From contig NW_026974140.1 of NCBI RefSeq assembly GCF_037042905.1, positions 1,490,001-1,554,000 on the forward strand: a DNA stretch of 64,000 bases, in the 5' to 3' direction. This document shows, one piece after another, positions 24,708-38,300 of this stretch (its first letter is position 1; each line of letters starts with the position of its first letter). Position numbers and translations under genes: made by a program. This stretch comes from Lytechinus pictus (Eukaryota). The notes beneath the pieces were generated by a model that had not been told where the DNA came from, made no database searches, and saw only the letters and a program-made list of their open reading frames with translations.

Positions 24708-27700
24708 GACGGCCACCCCCATTCTGTCTAGGGCCGAGTATGAAGAAAGGGAAGGGCGAAGAGAAAAACGATTATTTTCAGGGCGGGATATAAAATAGTA
24801 AAACATAAAAGGAAGATGAAAGTTGATGGGACCATGGAGGACACACAGTATTGACATGAAAGTAGGATTATTCTTCGTTGTTTAGACTAAACTTGCGAGG
24901 TCAAAAGGTGAGCTGAGAAACCTGTTGATGCGAAGTATGTAGCGTAGTCTACATCGTGTAGACCGTGACAGTGTGTGTATCCGACCAATGCATCAAGTTG
25001 CAAATTTAGAATACAGTGTTATTTGGTCAATCTTTACAAGCAGAGCAGAGGCGTCATGAGCCAAAGCAAAAAAAATTAGGGGGGGGGGGTAGACGTAAGG
25101 GGCAAGATTTCTCGGAAAAATCTTATTCTTAATTGCAGCCACACAAGAAAGCTTGTAGCTAGATGTGGAGTAATGAGAAGTTGAGTATATTCAATATTAC
25201 GCGGCGCTATGGTCTATGGTAGAACCGTTGCGCTCTAGGTATGCAGAGGGGTAAATTTCGGAGACGACCCCGGGGGCCGACCGGCATATTTTACAACAGA
25301 ACTTTACAAGTCATGCCGTTGAAACAGGGCAACGAAGTACGTGAAAGAAGACTAAGCAAACTTGGAGAAGCAACGTCCGAGGGGATAGTAATTTACGTCT
25401 GCTTTGAAACGTGTATCAATAAGGATTTCCAGAGAATGGGTCGCAGAGTATTTCTCCAGTATGGGGAGGGTGGGGGTAGCCTATACTAGGCCTAATCAAT
25501 CCATCAGTGGATGGATGGATGGATGACTGAAAGAATGAATAGATGGATGAATAGGCATATATATGAATGGATCATCCGATGAATGTATAGGCCTAACCCC
25601 AAGAATGGATGGACAAAGACAAATGGATACCAATGACGAATAATAGATAGGGGCGCCCCATGGGAGCTGTTGTTGAATGGGCTACCCCTTATTAAATAAA
25701 CAATAAACAATTAAAAATAGATGGAAAGATGAACTTTTATTGCAACAAATGAGAGGAAGATAGGCCTCCGGGATACATGCATACAGTGTGTGCACGAGCA
25801 GTTCAACTGTTGAAAAAATGTGAATGACTGTGGTGCGTGGCGACGTGAGCAGGACAAAGACATCACTCACATCTTGATTGGCATAACGTAGACTTATTTA
25901 GCAATGAAAGTGGAACCGGGAATTGGGACTCCCATTTTCCTGCTATAAATATAGGAAAAACGAATGATAACTGTTGTTTTACAGCCGAGGAAATGTATTC
26001 TTCATATTGGGATTGGGACCAAGGAGATCCCGGCGTGTCAAAATTTCACAACTCATGGGGAAAATAATATAATAATCATTTTTGATGATTGAAAAAAAAT
26101 GTGCTCAGTTCACACTGTCACGATTTTTTTTTTGGTGGGGTTACCTGCAGAAAAAAATTTGACAAAGCAAAAGAAAAACATCGTTGGTCATTCCATACAT
26201 TTCTCAAATTTGACACCTATCAGAATTCCAGGGGGTGCTGCCCATGGAAAATAATACATGCCGCATCCCCAGCTCCCCCCCCCCCCCCGCTTCCAAGAGG
26301 CATATAATCGCGGAATAATTAATCGTATCAGAAAGTATCAGATCAGTCAAGGCGATCGTATTGATCGTAGAAAGTGTTGGAATATGGTTCAACTATTTTG
26401 GAGATCAGTTATGAAAGGCCAATCGTGCATGGTGTTCGTGACGGATTGCACTATTGTAGGAATAAGAATATTTTGGGGCGGGAAAGTCGCCTACTTCCAA
26501 GCGGTGATGACTTTCGGGGAAAAAAATAAATTTGTGTTTGAAATTTTTGGGCAAGCCCATTCTGGCGAGGTTCAATGGGTATACGCCTATTCTGATGTAT
26601 TTAATTTATGGTGATGTGATGCAAATATGTTGCCGATAAAAATATAATATTTTGCCTTTATGTGTGTTTTACAACTCACAGGGGGGGGGGGTCAAGGAGA
26701 ATACAGTAATAGCTCTGAATACTGACTGAGAGACACTCCGATCTGCAAAAGTGAAGGCAAAGCTGTCTTGGGGCAAGCAAACAAGTAATACTTTCTTGAA
26801 TAGGCATACCATAATAAAGTTTGTGAGAATAATATTGAAATAAAGAGAAAAATAACATTGAGAATGCGAACATAAGGAATACACACAACCTAAGGTTAGG
26901 AATTGTATAAACAGCGAAAAATACAGAAAGATGTTATGAACATGCTTTCACTATTCATGAATGTATAATGCAATGATATAAAGGGAAAATGTTTTAAGTT
27001 GAATTTAATTTTAACCAGTGGCGTAAATAATGAACATAACAAATGAAGGGGCCAGATATACATATAGGGCACAAATCTTGATTTTTTTTGTAATCTATGA
27101 TAGATTTTGACATGATATTCAGATAATAGTTTCCCTTCTCTCTTCCCTTTTTTTTCTTGGCCGTGACAAATTTGGGAATCCATACAGCCCCAAGCCTTAT
27201 TTTGAACGCCACTGATTTCAACTGAATATCATCAGAAAAATATTTACAAGGTAGTCAAGTGGCAGCCGACGCAGCGTGTAAAAACAGTATGAATTTCATT
27301 GCATGATAATAATAAAATGATAAATAATGTCATGTGTGGTTAGCGGAAACGAGGATAGGACGTTTGGTAATTCGCTATGCAGTAAAATAATGAGAATGAC
27401 TGAAACGATATATATTCAAAATATAAATTTCATGAGAGAGAAACGATTCAAACAATAACAGAGTATAATATTATGTTGCGTTCAAATTCCCTTTTGATCG
27501 TTCTTTTGATTCCCTTTCAACAATCTATTTCTTTCTTCCTTTCTTCTCTCTCTTCCTTCCCTTTATTGGGGCGGCCGAGCTAAGGATGGAGGGGGTATCG
27601 GATAGAAGGAAGCAGTTTAGGTGTTATGGCACATGACAAGTTCAATTCAGTGGCCTAGTACTAGTAGGTCCATTGGTAAATTGCCAATTCGTCAACTGCC

Positions 27701-28479
27701 AACTCATCCATTCACCACATGGTCTACTTTCATTTAGTCCATGCAATGCCAATCCGTCCATCAACATTTCATCGAACAACCATTTGGTCCAGTTAGTCCA
27801 GTATCCAATTCATTTTCATTCATTTTGCACAATAACACGTCCAATAACCAAATTGTATATGGACTAAATGACTATTGGATCAGATGGTTATTAGACGGAA
27901 TGCATGCATGTGGATAGTGAACGAACTGATGGTAGACCAAATAATGATAGTAGACGAGTTGGCATCAGACGAAATGGAAGTAAACCGATTCGATCAGTGG
28001 ACAAGCGCCTAGTATCACGCCGGTGGTATACATGTAGATAAGGAGTTACAAAGTTGGAAACGATGCCCAACGGACATGCGCGTATCCAGGATCCATGATT
28101 GAGCCCGACTATTTTGGCGCCCCTGTGAACTTTTCGGAAAATGGCACCCCGACCCGCCCAGCACGGCAATCATAGGTGCCTTAAATGCAGTTTGAATTAC
28201 CGTATTTCATAATCACGTGAAAAAGGCATCGAAGACCACTTTTTAATGTGTTCATGAAAAAAACCATCCATGAATATGTTTTAACCACCTTTTGAAAAAA
28301 ATAAATGCGACGAGAAAGCACAGAATTTTAAGCATTTTTGGGTTTCAATTTAGTTCAACTTCTCATCAGAGTGGTAGACCATACTAAAATTATGTGCGGG
28401 AGCTGTAATTTCTTAACCGGGGGCGGATCCAGCTTTCGCCAATAGGGGAGGGGATATTTTCATCTCTTTTCCGATCGAA

Positions 28480-29965
28480 CATTCTGAGTTTTATCATGAT
28501 GGGTATATGTATTATCTAAACAATATTGATGCGAGCGAAAAGGGCGATATGAAAATTGTTCATATTCTTACCTAGATTTTGGAAAAATCTATGAGCACTT
28601 TTGGTAATCAAGAACAGGGTGGGTATCTATCAACATTTTATGCGATCGCGAAGTGGAAGCTGACAATTTTTGAATTTCCAACCCAACACTGGACATTATA
28701 AGCACTTTTCACATGTGTTTTATAATCATGAACAGGATGGGTATCTAACTAAATAATTAATGCGAGCGCGAAGCGCGAGTTGAAATTTTTTGATTTTCTG
28801 ACATAAAATTTGGACATTCTAAGCACTATTTGGTAATCATGAACAGGATGGGTATCTAACAAATCATTTAATACGAGCGCGAGGCGCGAGCTTAATTTTT
28901 TTGATATTCCAACACAAAACTGGACATTCTAATTTGTAATCATGGAAAGGATGGGTATCTATTTAAACAATTGTTTGTGCGAGCACGAGGCGCGAGCTTA
29001 AAAGTGATTGATATTCTGAACTAAAATTTTGACATTGACTAAGCACTTTTGGTAATCATGAACAGGATTGTCATCTAACTAAACAATATTGATGCGAGCG
29101 CAAAGAGCGAGATGAAAATTTTTCATATTCTTACCTAAAATTTGGAAAAATCTATGAGCACTTTTGGTAATCAAGAACAGGGTGGGTATCTGTCAACATT
29201 TTATGCGATCGCGAAGTGCGAGCTGACAATTTTTGAATTTCCAACCCAACACTAGACATGATAAGCACTTTTTATAACCATGAACAGGATAGGTATCTAG
29301 CTAAATAATTAATGTGAGCGCGAAGCGTGCGTTAAATTTTTTTGATATTCTGACCTAAAATTTGGACATTCTAAGCATTATTGGGTAATCATGAAAAGGA
29401 TGGGTATCTAACAAATCATTTAATGCGAGCGAGAGGCGCGAGCGTAAAATTTTTGGTATTCCGACCCAAAACTGGAAATTCTAAGCATATTTTATAGCCA
29501 TGGAAAGGATGGGTATCTATTTAAACAATTGTGCGAGCGCAGAGCGCGAGCTTAAAAAGTTATTGATATTCTGGCCTAAAATTTTGACATTGACTAAGCA
29601 CTTTTGGTAATCATGAACAGGATGGTCATCTAACTAAACAATATTGATGCGAGCGCAAAGAGCGAGATGAAAATTTTTCATATTCTTACCTAATATTTGG
29701 ACATTCGAGTAAGCAGTTTCGATTATCATGAACAAGATGAGCACTAACCAAACAGTTTATGCGAGCGTGAAGCGCGAGCTGATTTTTTTTTTATATTTCG
29801 ATCCAAAGTCGGACATTCTAAGCACTTATCTAACCATGAACAGGATCGTCACCTTACTAAACAATTAATGCGAGAACGTAGAGTAGGATGATTTTTTTTG
29901 GTATTCTGATCTAAAATTATAGGCACTTTTGGTAATCATGAACAGGATGAGTATTTGATGCGAGC
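28480..29965. repeat. Tandem array of the ~111-bp monomer with a 5-mer higher-order repeat
   Basis: GCGAGCGCGAAGCGCGAG cores at ~28531, 28642, 28762, 28874, 28979, 29094; the variant CAATATTGATGCGAGCG...CATATTCTTACCTA recurs at 28521, 29084, 29639. Confidence 0.88.
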
Positions 29966-29969
29966 AAAC

Positions 29970-30722
29970 ATGAATTTGGCGCCCACCCCCCTCCCTTGGT
30001 TAATTGAACCTGAATTTGGCGCACCGGGACAAACATAAAATAGGCGCCCTCGTGTGGTGAACATCCATTAGGCACCCCCTAGGTTGAACATCAATTCGGC
30101 ACCCCCTATGTCAAACATCGATTCGGCAACCCTATGAAAAATATCGATTCGGCGCCCCAGCCCCTAGGTTGAACATCAATTCGGCGCCCCCTCGGTGCCC
30201 CTATGTCGAACTTCAATGCGGCCCCCTCTTATGTCGAACATCTATACGGCGCCCTGAGGTAAAACATTAATTCGCCCCCCCCTCCACCTAGGTTGAACAT
30301 CAATTTGCCACCCCCTATGTTGAACATCAATTCGGCGCCCCCCTATGTCAAACATCAAACCGGCAACACTATGGAAAATATCGATTCGGCGCCCCAGCCC
30401 CTAGTTTGAACATCAATTCGGCGCCCCCTCGGTGCCCCTATGCCGAACTTCAATGCAGCCCCTCCTATGTGGAACATCTATACGGCGCCCCGAGGTAAAA
30501 CATTAATTCGCCCCCCCCCCCCCACCTAGGCTGAACATCAATTGGCACCCCCTAGGTCGAACATCAATTCTGCGCCTCCCTAATTCGGACATCAAGTCGA
30601 TGCCCCCAATGTCGAACATCAATTCGGCTCCCCTATCTATGTTGGACTTAAATTCGGCGCCCCTATAGGTCGATTATCAATTTGGCGCCCCCCTCCCTAG
30701 GGCGAACATCAATTCGGCGCTC
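29970..30722. repeat. ~27-30-bp minisatellite GGCGCCCCCTATGTCGAACATCAATTC with ~240-bp higher-order duplication
   Basis: Visible tandem units; the block starting ~30103 is repeated at ~30341. Confidence 0.88.
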
Positions 30723-33700
30723 CCCTTTCCCTCTTTTGTTTTCCTCCTCTCTTTCTTTCCCCCTTTTCTCTTTCTATTGTTCTTTCCCTCATTTTTTCTC
30801 CCCTTTTCTCCCTATTTTTGGCCCCCCTTTTTCGCCTACCCGGGGGGGGGGGGGGCGTGCCCCGAGGGCCCTCGAATACGCGCATGGTGGAGCTATTGAT
30901 ATAGAGAAATAAGGACAAAGATGTAATGAAAATATAAGAACTCTTGAAATATTTTACATTTTCTAGGCAAACAAGAATCCAAAGCGTATAAATAATGCCC
31001 GGCTGAATAGACCTCCATTTGCATCCTGTTTGATATGCTCGCGTTTAAATAAAATTTCCTGCAAGTTCCATTGCAGGCTAAATAAATGGCAAAAGTATAA
31101 GTTTTTTCTTTGAGAGGGGGGAATGACGATAAATAAAAATACCAGCAAGTGCGATGGGTGATAATCAGGGGCGGCGGAACGTATTTTCATTTGGGGGGGC
31201 AAAAGAGGGCATTAATATGTATTTTTATGCAATTGAAATTTTCACCATGAGATTATCATCTGCGTTAAGTAGTTGTGCGTTTTATACTAATTAAGTTGAG
31301 CAAAGCCTTTTTGAAGTCTTTTCTGATTTATTAAATATGTAATCAGGCTTTATTTTTCCGGGAGCGAGCGTAGCAAGCAAGCGGTTTGGAAACATTTTCA
31401 AATCTGAAGTTGTGAAACTCGCTTTTTGGTCAATTATTACCGCGCAAATTATTGTTAAAAGAGCATCCTTGCGAGATGTTGTGAGAGCAAATCGCGGGCT
31501 CAAAATTTTGGACATTGCATGTACTAATAAGACCTGAAAATCAAGCATTCCGAGCAATTGTTTTTGTTGTCATGAAAAAGATGTGTATGTAACTGAATAA
31601 TGGACGCGAGTGCGATATTCCAACCTGAAAACTGGACAATCTAAGCACTTTTTGAAACCAATAAATAATAATTGATGCGAGCGCGAGCCGAAAATTTGTG
31701 ATATTTCAACCTGATGGACATTCTCAGTTTTGAAACCAAGAATAAACAATAATTGATGCAAGCGGAAAGCACGAGCTGAAAATTTGTGATATTCAAACTT
31801 GAAAATTGAACATTGTAAGCAGAAGTTGAAACCAAAACACTTGCACCCCTCTCCCAAAAAAAATCCCAGTAGGGAAAAAATGGAAAGTGCCCTTCTTTCA
31901 AAATGATGTGAGTGCGAAGCGCGAGCCAAAATTTTTGTGATTTTCTAACCTAAAATGTATTGTTTGACTTCAAAAAAGGTATTTTATTTTGAAAAGGGGC
32001 ACACATCATTTTGAAAGAAGGGCACTTTCCATTTTGAAAAAAAAGATTTTTTTCCTACTGGGATTTTTTTTTTGGGGGGGTGCAAGTGCTCTCTGCTCCC
32101 CCCCTCCCCCCCCCCCCCCCGGTGCTAATATGGCCTCGGGTTATAATTTTTAATATAAGTTGAAACTGGTATTAACAAAACATGTTGGTTTGACTGCATC
32201 AAATTTTGATAACGATGGTTTTCTTTAAAATATATATTTTTTACCATTTCGATCCATGACATGTTTGCATTTATTTTGTTATTGTCCGTTGACATGCCCA
32301 GCGCTTAGAAGTCGTGCCAAAACGTGATTTTGCATAGAGCACATTCGCTGAACCATCATCGGAACTTCGGAATAACAAAGAAATGGAAGACCCCTTCCCC
32401 AAATAATTCCGCCTAGCTGTATGTCCTCGATATATCTCTCCATGATACGTACGCAATTTTATTCGCCAAGCCCAGAGGACCAAGGAGGAGTGGGGTGAAG
32501 GGGGAGGCACCCAGGAGACGTCATCATCAATTTCACTGAGAAAACCGTACTAAAGTTTTGGTCACAAAGTTGGACAAAGTCAAACGTGATACTTGTTTAG
32601 TATATACTACCATAACAAGTTGAAAAGAAAAATACAAAGAGAAACTTTCGGGGGGGGGGGGGGGTTAATCGATGTTACATAAACATCAATTGCTTATAAT
32701 ATACAGGCCTGACGTACCGGTGTCATAGGCGGATCCAGGAGGCCAACGGGGCGCCCCCACCCTATTGGCGGTGCATAATAGGGGGAAAGAAAGGGAAACA
32801 AATAATAGAATGGAAAGCAGAGGGTGGGAGGAGAAGAAAAAATATAAGGAGGAAGAATGAATAAAATAAGGTGAGGGTAATTCAGACTTGGGGGGGGGGG
32901 GGGAACCATGTCACTGCATAAAACAATTAGCCCGCGCTTCGTGTTTGCATTGCCTCAGGTTCGATGGAATATCTATTTATCAATACCTATTAATTTATTT
33001 ATTCATTCAGTCATATTTAAAAAGGTTCACAAGATCAGAGTTGTAATTACTGGTTTTTTTTTCATCTTGGTCCTTGTATAATAAAACATAGTAAAATAGC
33101 GATTACAATAAAAAGGTATTATTCATATCAAATTAAAGAAATATCAGCTAATCGATATAAACAAAAACAGGCCTTATTAAAACAAACAAGGGAACTACCA
33201 TTTACTAATTCAAATCATGCAAATGCTTGAGCGCAGTTAGCCCAGCTAAAGCCGGGGTATTAGCATGGCCCGCTGGGAGAACAGTTTACGGAATTGAAGT
33301 CGCTACCCGGTGCACCATAGGCCCTACGTACCGTTATGATTATTTTGTTTTATTATGATTAATCTTCAGAGGCAGATCTAGGATTTTTCAAAGGGGGGGG
33401 GGGGGGCACATTTTCCCGAGGAAAATTTGACAAGCAAAAAAAAAAAAGATTATATCGATAGATTTTTACATAAGAAATATTGATTGTGCCTCTGAAGGGG
33501 GGGGGGGGGCGGGGGCACAGCCGGCCCGTGCTGCATGGATCCGTCAATTTTCAGGACCGACTATAATTATAGATACAAAAAAAATAGCTTTGAGCTGCGG
33601 ATCGATCGGGGAAAATATTGTTCAACCCCCCTCCCTCTTTATTAGTGAAAGCTGGATCCGCCCCTGGATATTGTAAAAAAAACACTAGGCCACGCGGTAT

Positions 33701-34551
33701 TTGTCCAATTTAATTGATAAATACGTTGAGGCAGTATATTGACGAATTCAGTGGTGGAGAGCTATAGGACACACAAAGCAAATAACGAAATTGGCGGCCA
33801 AGCTAGTTCAATACAAAATGATTTCTATTTTTTCCTTTAAAAAAAATGTAGCATAGGCCTATTATTTAAACAATTAAGAAATTACAACGTATATTACTAC
33901 ACGTGATAATAATGAACACATCAAAATACAGAACCTGAAGAAAATGATAACAATTCAGTGAATCGGAAACAAAACAAAAATACATATAAAAAACTAGAAA
34001 AAATATAATAAATAAGAATATAGCCCTTTCACAAGCACCTTTCTCCCACCCTCCCTCCCTCCATACCCTGGAGAAATAGAGAAACAATACAGATCAACGA
34101 AGCAAAGATGAAAGCAAGGAAAAAGCCGTCAGACTTTGTTTTCAATGTACACGCTTTCTACGAAATGCTATAGAAACCGGGAAAGAAACCCGTGCATTCA
34201 CGGTGTACAGACTCCGTACCCGCCCATGCGTCCGTACCGTGCATCGGCACTTGATTGAGACTCGCGCAGAGGCGAGAGCTAGAGATATGAATATTCATGA
34301 GCAGGTATTGATGTCATTTGGTCTCAAGGTGGCGCTCTTCATTTTTTATGTTAGTTCTAAAGATAAATCCAAAAAAGCTCACTCGGCAAATCTTCTCATC
34401 TTTATATATTTTTTTGAGAATAAAAACAGTTCTTTCTGGCCAATGCAATACATTGTATGGACTCAGAACTTGTTTGTGAATATCGTGGAAAGCAAAGAGC
34501 GAAATTTAAAAGAAAGTTTTGAAATAAACCAATGACACAATTTACCTTTAA

Positions 34552-35370
34552 GATGGAAATGGAGGGACCCACTAAAAAGCAATGCTTGTACAATGTGGGC
34601 CCCTCAAAAAATGGATAACACAACAAATAACAAAATAGCAAAGTATAAATACAGATAATCAAATGAGAAAAAAATCAATAACTGAGAGGGAAATACTCAC
34701 AAAATAAATACAAAGTTATCAAAAATATACAGTTAGATAAAGGACAAAACAACCCGTCCTAAAAATATCCACCCTTCCCCACCCCACCCCCCCCCCAGAA
34801 AAAGAGAAGGGAAAAAAAAAAGAAAAAAAAAGGGGAGAATGCCCTGAGAAGATGGATGGGTGTTGCTGTATGTAGATAGAACACATGCCGTCGTGGACTC
34901 AAAGCAAACTGGATTCAATGATGTGTATAAAAGGAGAAAAAGTAAATAAAATAACCTGGAAAGAATATAATGCACAAAAAATGTGATTGATGCCGTAAAC
35001 AAATAACCGGTAGGAAGGCGGATAAGCGGACAGGAGAGGAGAAAATAGAGGAGAGGATAGACACAATAATGTATGAGGTTCAATAATGAGCACATCGGAG
35101 AAGGACTTGTGTCAGATTTTTTTTTTTAAATAAAAAAAGGATAATAATTATTTTATGTTTTAATTGTAGTCTTTAAAATAATAATGATGACTTGACAGAG
35201 ATGATGAATTAAACTTAATTTGGGAGTATATTATAAGGTTTTAATAGAGATAATTTGAATTTAGTCTTAAAAGAGTTCAAAGATGTTGCATTTGTTATAT
35301 CATTATGAAGTGAGTTCCATAACTTCGGTCCATCATATATAAATGTGTTCTGAGCCCGCAAAGTTCTTAA
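34552..35370 (-). pseudogene. C-terminus of the CR1-group LINE ORF2 and its 3' UTR
   Basis: LRTLRAQNTFIYDGPKLWNSLHNDITNATSLNSFKTKFKLSLL continues EFHLPLL at 40061 once the TTAA-flanked insert is removed; 3' UTR hairpin GAGGGACCCAC...GTGGGCCCCTC at ~34562-34605. Confidence 0.88.
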
Positions 35371-38300
35371 CCCTTTGCGTGCGGGCCCGTGAAACCGGAT
35401 ACCTCTCCCTGCGGCGGAGCCGTTTTTGTACATTGCTGGTATTTGGATCTGTGGCGGTGTTTTCCTAATCTATTGCTAATTGCGCCAAACTGAAGTCTTT
35501 TCAGGATTTTTAGTAAATGTAAAGATGAACGATCAGACATTTTTCTAACTAGAATTAAAGGTCTCACTTCTCAAATCAACAGAATAGTTAAGAAATTCAA
35601 GAGGAAAAAGTCGTGTTATTTTGTCAAATCTTCGCTTTTTCCCAAGTCAATAGGCACTGTGTACAAAAATGCGTAAGGGCAATCAGCACGCGCGGACAAG
35701 TCGGGTTCGATCGATACCGCTTTGTTGTCTGCTCTCGTGCTTTTTTTATTGCCTATTGTCACGCTACTCATGAATGGTCTCTTTACCCCCTTGTATACAG
35801 ATAATTTGCAAAGTGTATAATTACGACGATAGTCTGTTTTGGGTGAAATCACAGCATACCAAATACCTTATTTCCAGAATGAATAAAAAAGGGTGAATAT
35901 TCCCTTGCAAGTACGATGATGATGCTGCGCAACGAAAGTCCGAAACTATTTTGTGATTTTTGGCTTCTGGGCTTAAGACGGTGGCCTCAATGTTTCACTA
36001 AAAATCGCCTTTATTTTCTTATTTTCATGAATTATAGCTTGTAATAAAATATAATTTTGTTTCTGAAGATTGCATACCAGTCTTCGATTTGTTATCCTGT
36101 TGCAATTTTAAAGAGCGAAGGGGGTAAATGTGACTCAAACAGTTGATCTGTAATACCTCCCAACGCTCTCCAAAGTTGTCTCGTTATCTCCCTTTTCCCT
36201 CCAAAATAACCATGCTACCGATTACTGTTCATCACAATGAGAGAAAGTAAATTATTTTCATCTATAGAATTTGTAGCATCTTAAATTCATTTAGATGCTT
36301 TTAATTAAAAAGTGTTTTATTTTGTTCTTTCATTTATTCATTTTTTAACCGTTCTAGATTTTTTAACAACCGAAAACAAAAGCAATAAATAAACCATGAA
36401 AGATTTGTATCCCATTTTGTCTCTATCTTTTTAATCGTTCAATTAAATACAGATGCGTTGGAGTCGGTAGGAGGCGTCAGTCCACCCCCCCCCCCATTCA
36501 GCAAACGTATACAAAAACGCGAAGTCCATAAATTTGTGATTTTAGGGGCCGGATCACTCCCTCCTACATTCAGCTCAACCCCTCCATTATAAAAAAACGC
36601 TCAGCGGCCCCTGTTATTATACATCTTTTGCAAATATTTGGGTGTTAATGCTAACCAGGGCAATCGCCTCAATACTAGTAGTAGGTTTGCTGTAAAAAAT
36701 ATAAGGTCAACCTGTCTTTTTTCTAGGATCCTTTTCTGCTACGCTATTCGCCAGAAAAACAAAAGACAAAAAAAGAAAAGAAACTGACGAAAAATTGCTA
36801 ACATTTTTAGGGGGGGGGGGTAGGGGCAAGATTGGGAGGGGTTTGTTGGGACACGTCAAACAAACGTGGTATTTTTAGGTGGATGCCTCAACGTAAATTC
36901 TCATTCTATTTCCTCAATTTCCGGTGAGGAAACTTTTAGTTCATTGTTAGTTTTAGCGTTTGAACTGATTATGCTTTTGTCGAATTTTCAGTGCAAGAAA
37001 ATTCACATGGGAGAGAATGAGATGAAGAGCTTCCAAAACCTAACATGAAAAATTCATTCTATAAAATAGCGTGAATTACAAATTGAGGTGGGGGACTAGT
37101 ATTCTAAAATTCTTATAAGTAAATATTTATGCAATAGCAAAATCGCACATTATGGTTTACATTATATCTTTTTGGTCTATTTCCTCTTTTTTCCCTTCCA
37201 TCCTTTATGTCGTATTATCATTCTCCTATACATGTATCTCGATTTGCATTTTCTATTCTTTTTTAATCTCACTTGCTACTTCCTCCATCCCTTTGTGTAT
37301 CATCACCTAGGGGAAATTGTATTTTTTGTGAAGAAAGCACTGTCATGCTCAAGGAGAAAATGTTCATGCCATGTCTTAACCTTAGGCAGGTTTGTCAATA
37401 TAAAATGAGTAATCATTTACTTTTTTAATGTTACTGTCCTAATATGAAAAACAGTATTCCTAAGAGCTTTTTGTATTGCTAAATACGAGAAGCATTCAGT
37501 AGGTCATCCTGACGAAATACACTAATCTTCCTTTTATTCAGGGCGTTGGCTATTTGTCCCCTGCTCTATTTATAAGGAATTTTTTTAGCGTCGCCATGAC
37601 TTTCTTTTGTTTGGGGAGTGCCGAGACCAAGAACGGCATGGACGTTTTCATTTTCAAAAGAGCATAGGATAAACGGTGTTCTAAATTCCTTTATTTTCTG
37701 TTTGTTTCCTTTGAAATAGAAGACAAAAATAAGAGCAATATCGGATAAGAGAACGAGAGAAAGCGGAAGGGGGGGGGGTCAAACATTTACCAGGGGCCCG
37801 TTTTATATAAAATTTTCAATAACACTAGATAGCTACGGAAATCCTTCTATTTGACTGACGGATGGTAAATGTTTAAATTATTGCGCATTTGTCAATATAA
37901 AATGTACATGGATAATGTATTTATAAAACGGTACCAATTAGGGATTTCCTCGTTTTCCCTTTCTCTGTTTTTTTTATTAAAAAAATCAGATATTTTATTT
38001 TTCATGCTAACCAGGGTAAGCGCCCCAAATGATTTTTTGCAGTCACGGAAACAATTTTTTCCTCTATTAATCTTTTCTTCCACGCTATTCGCCGGTAAAA
38101 AAAAGAAATTGGCGAAAAAGTAGGAAAATCCATAAAATTTGGATCGGTATCATTTTCTTTTGGGGGGGAGGGGTGTAGGCCACACATGAATAAAAGTTTG
38201 TAGGATTGAGAGGGTTCTATCGCGTGACAAGCCAGACAAACGTGTTTTCTTTATAGGGGGTGCCTATATCATTCTATTTCCTCCATTTCTCGCGAGGAAA

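Larger units (their letters stand above)
23476..34547. mobile_element. 11-kb Kolobok-like element filled with nested repeats
   Basis: TTAA|AGGTATAGTGTATGATTGGTTGATCTCAGA on the left versus the reverse complement of the right end, TTAA|AGGTAAATTGTGTCATTGGTTTATTTCAAA; imperfect ~30-bp TIR; flanks rejoin as LINE 3' UTR. Confidence 0.72.

Noticed and set aside
28418..33666. Single element bounded by GGGGCGGATCCAGCTTTC inverted repeats
   Set aside because: The ends match, but I found no TSD and similar termini occur several times nearby, so the pairing is ambiguous.
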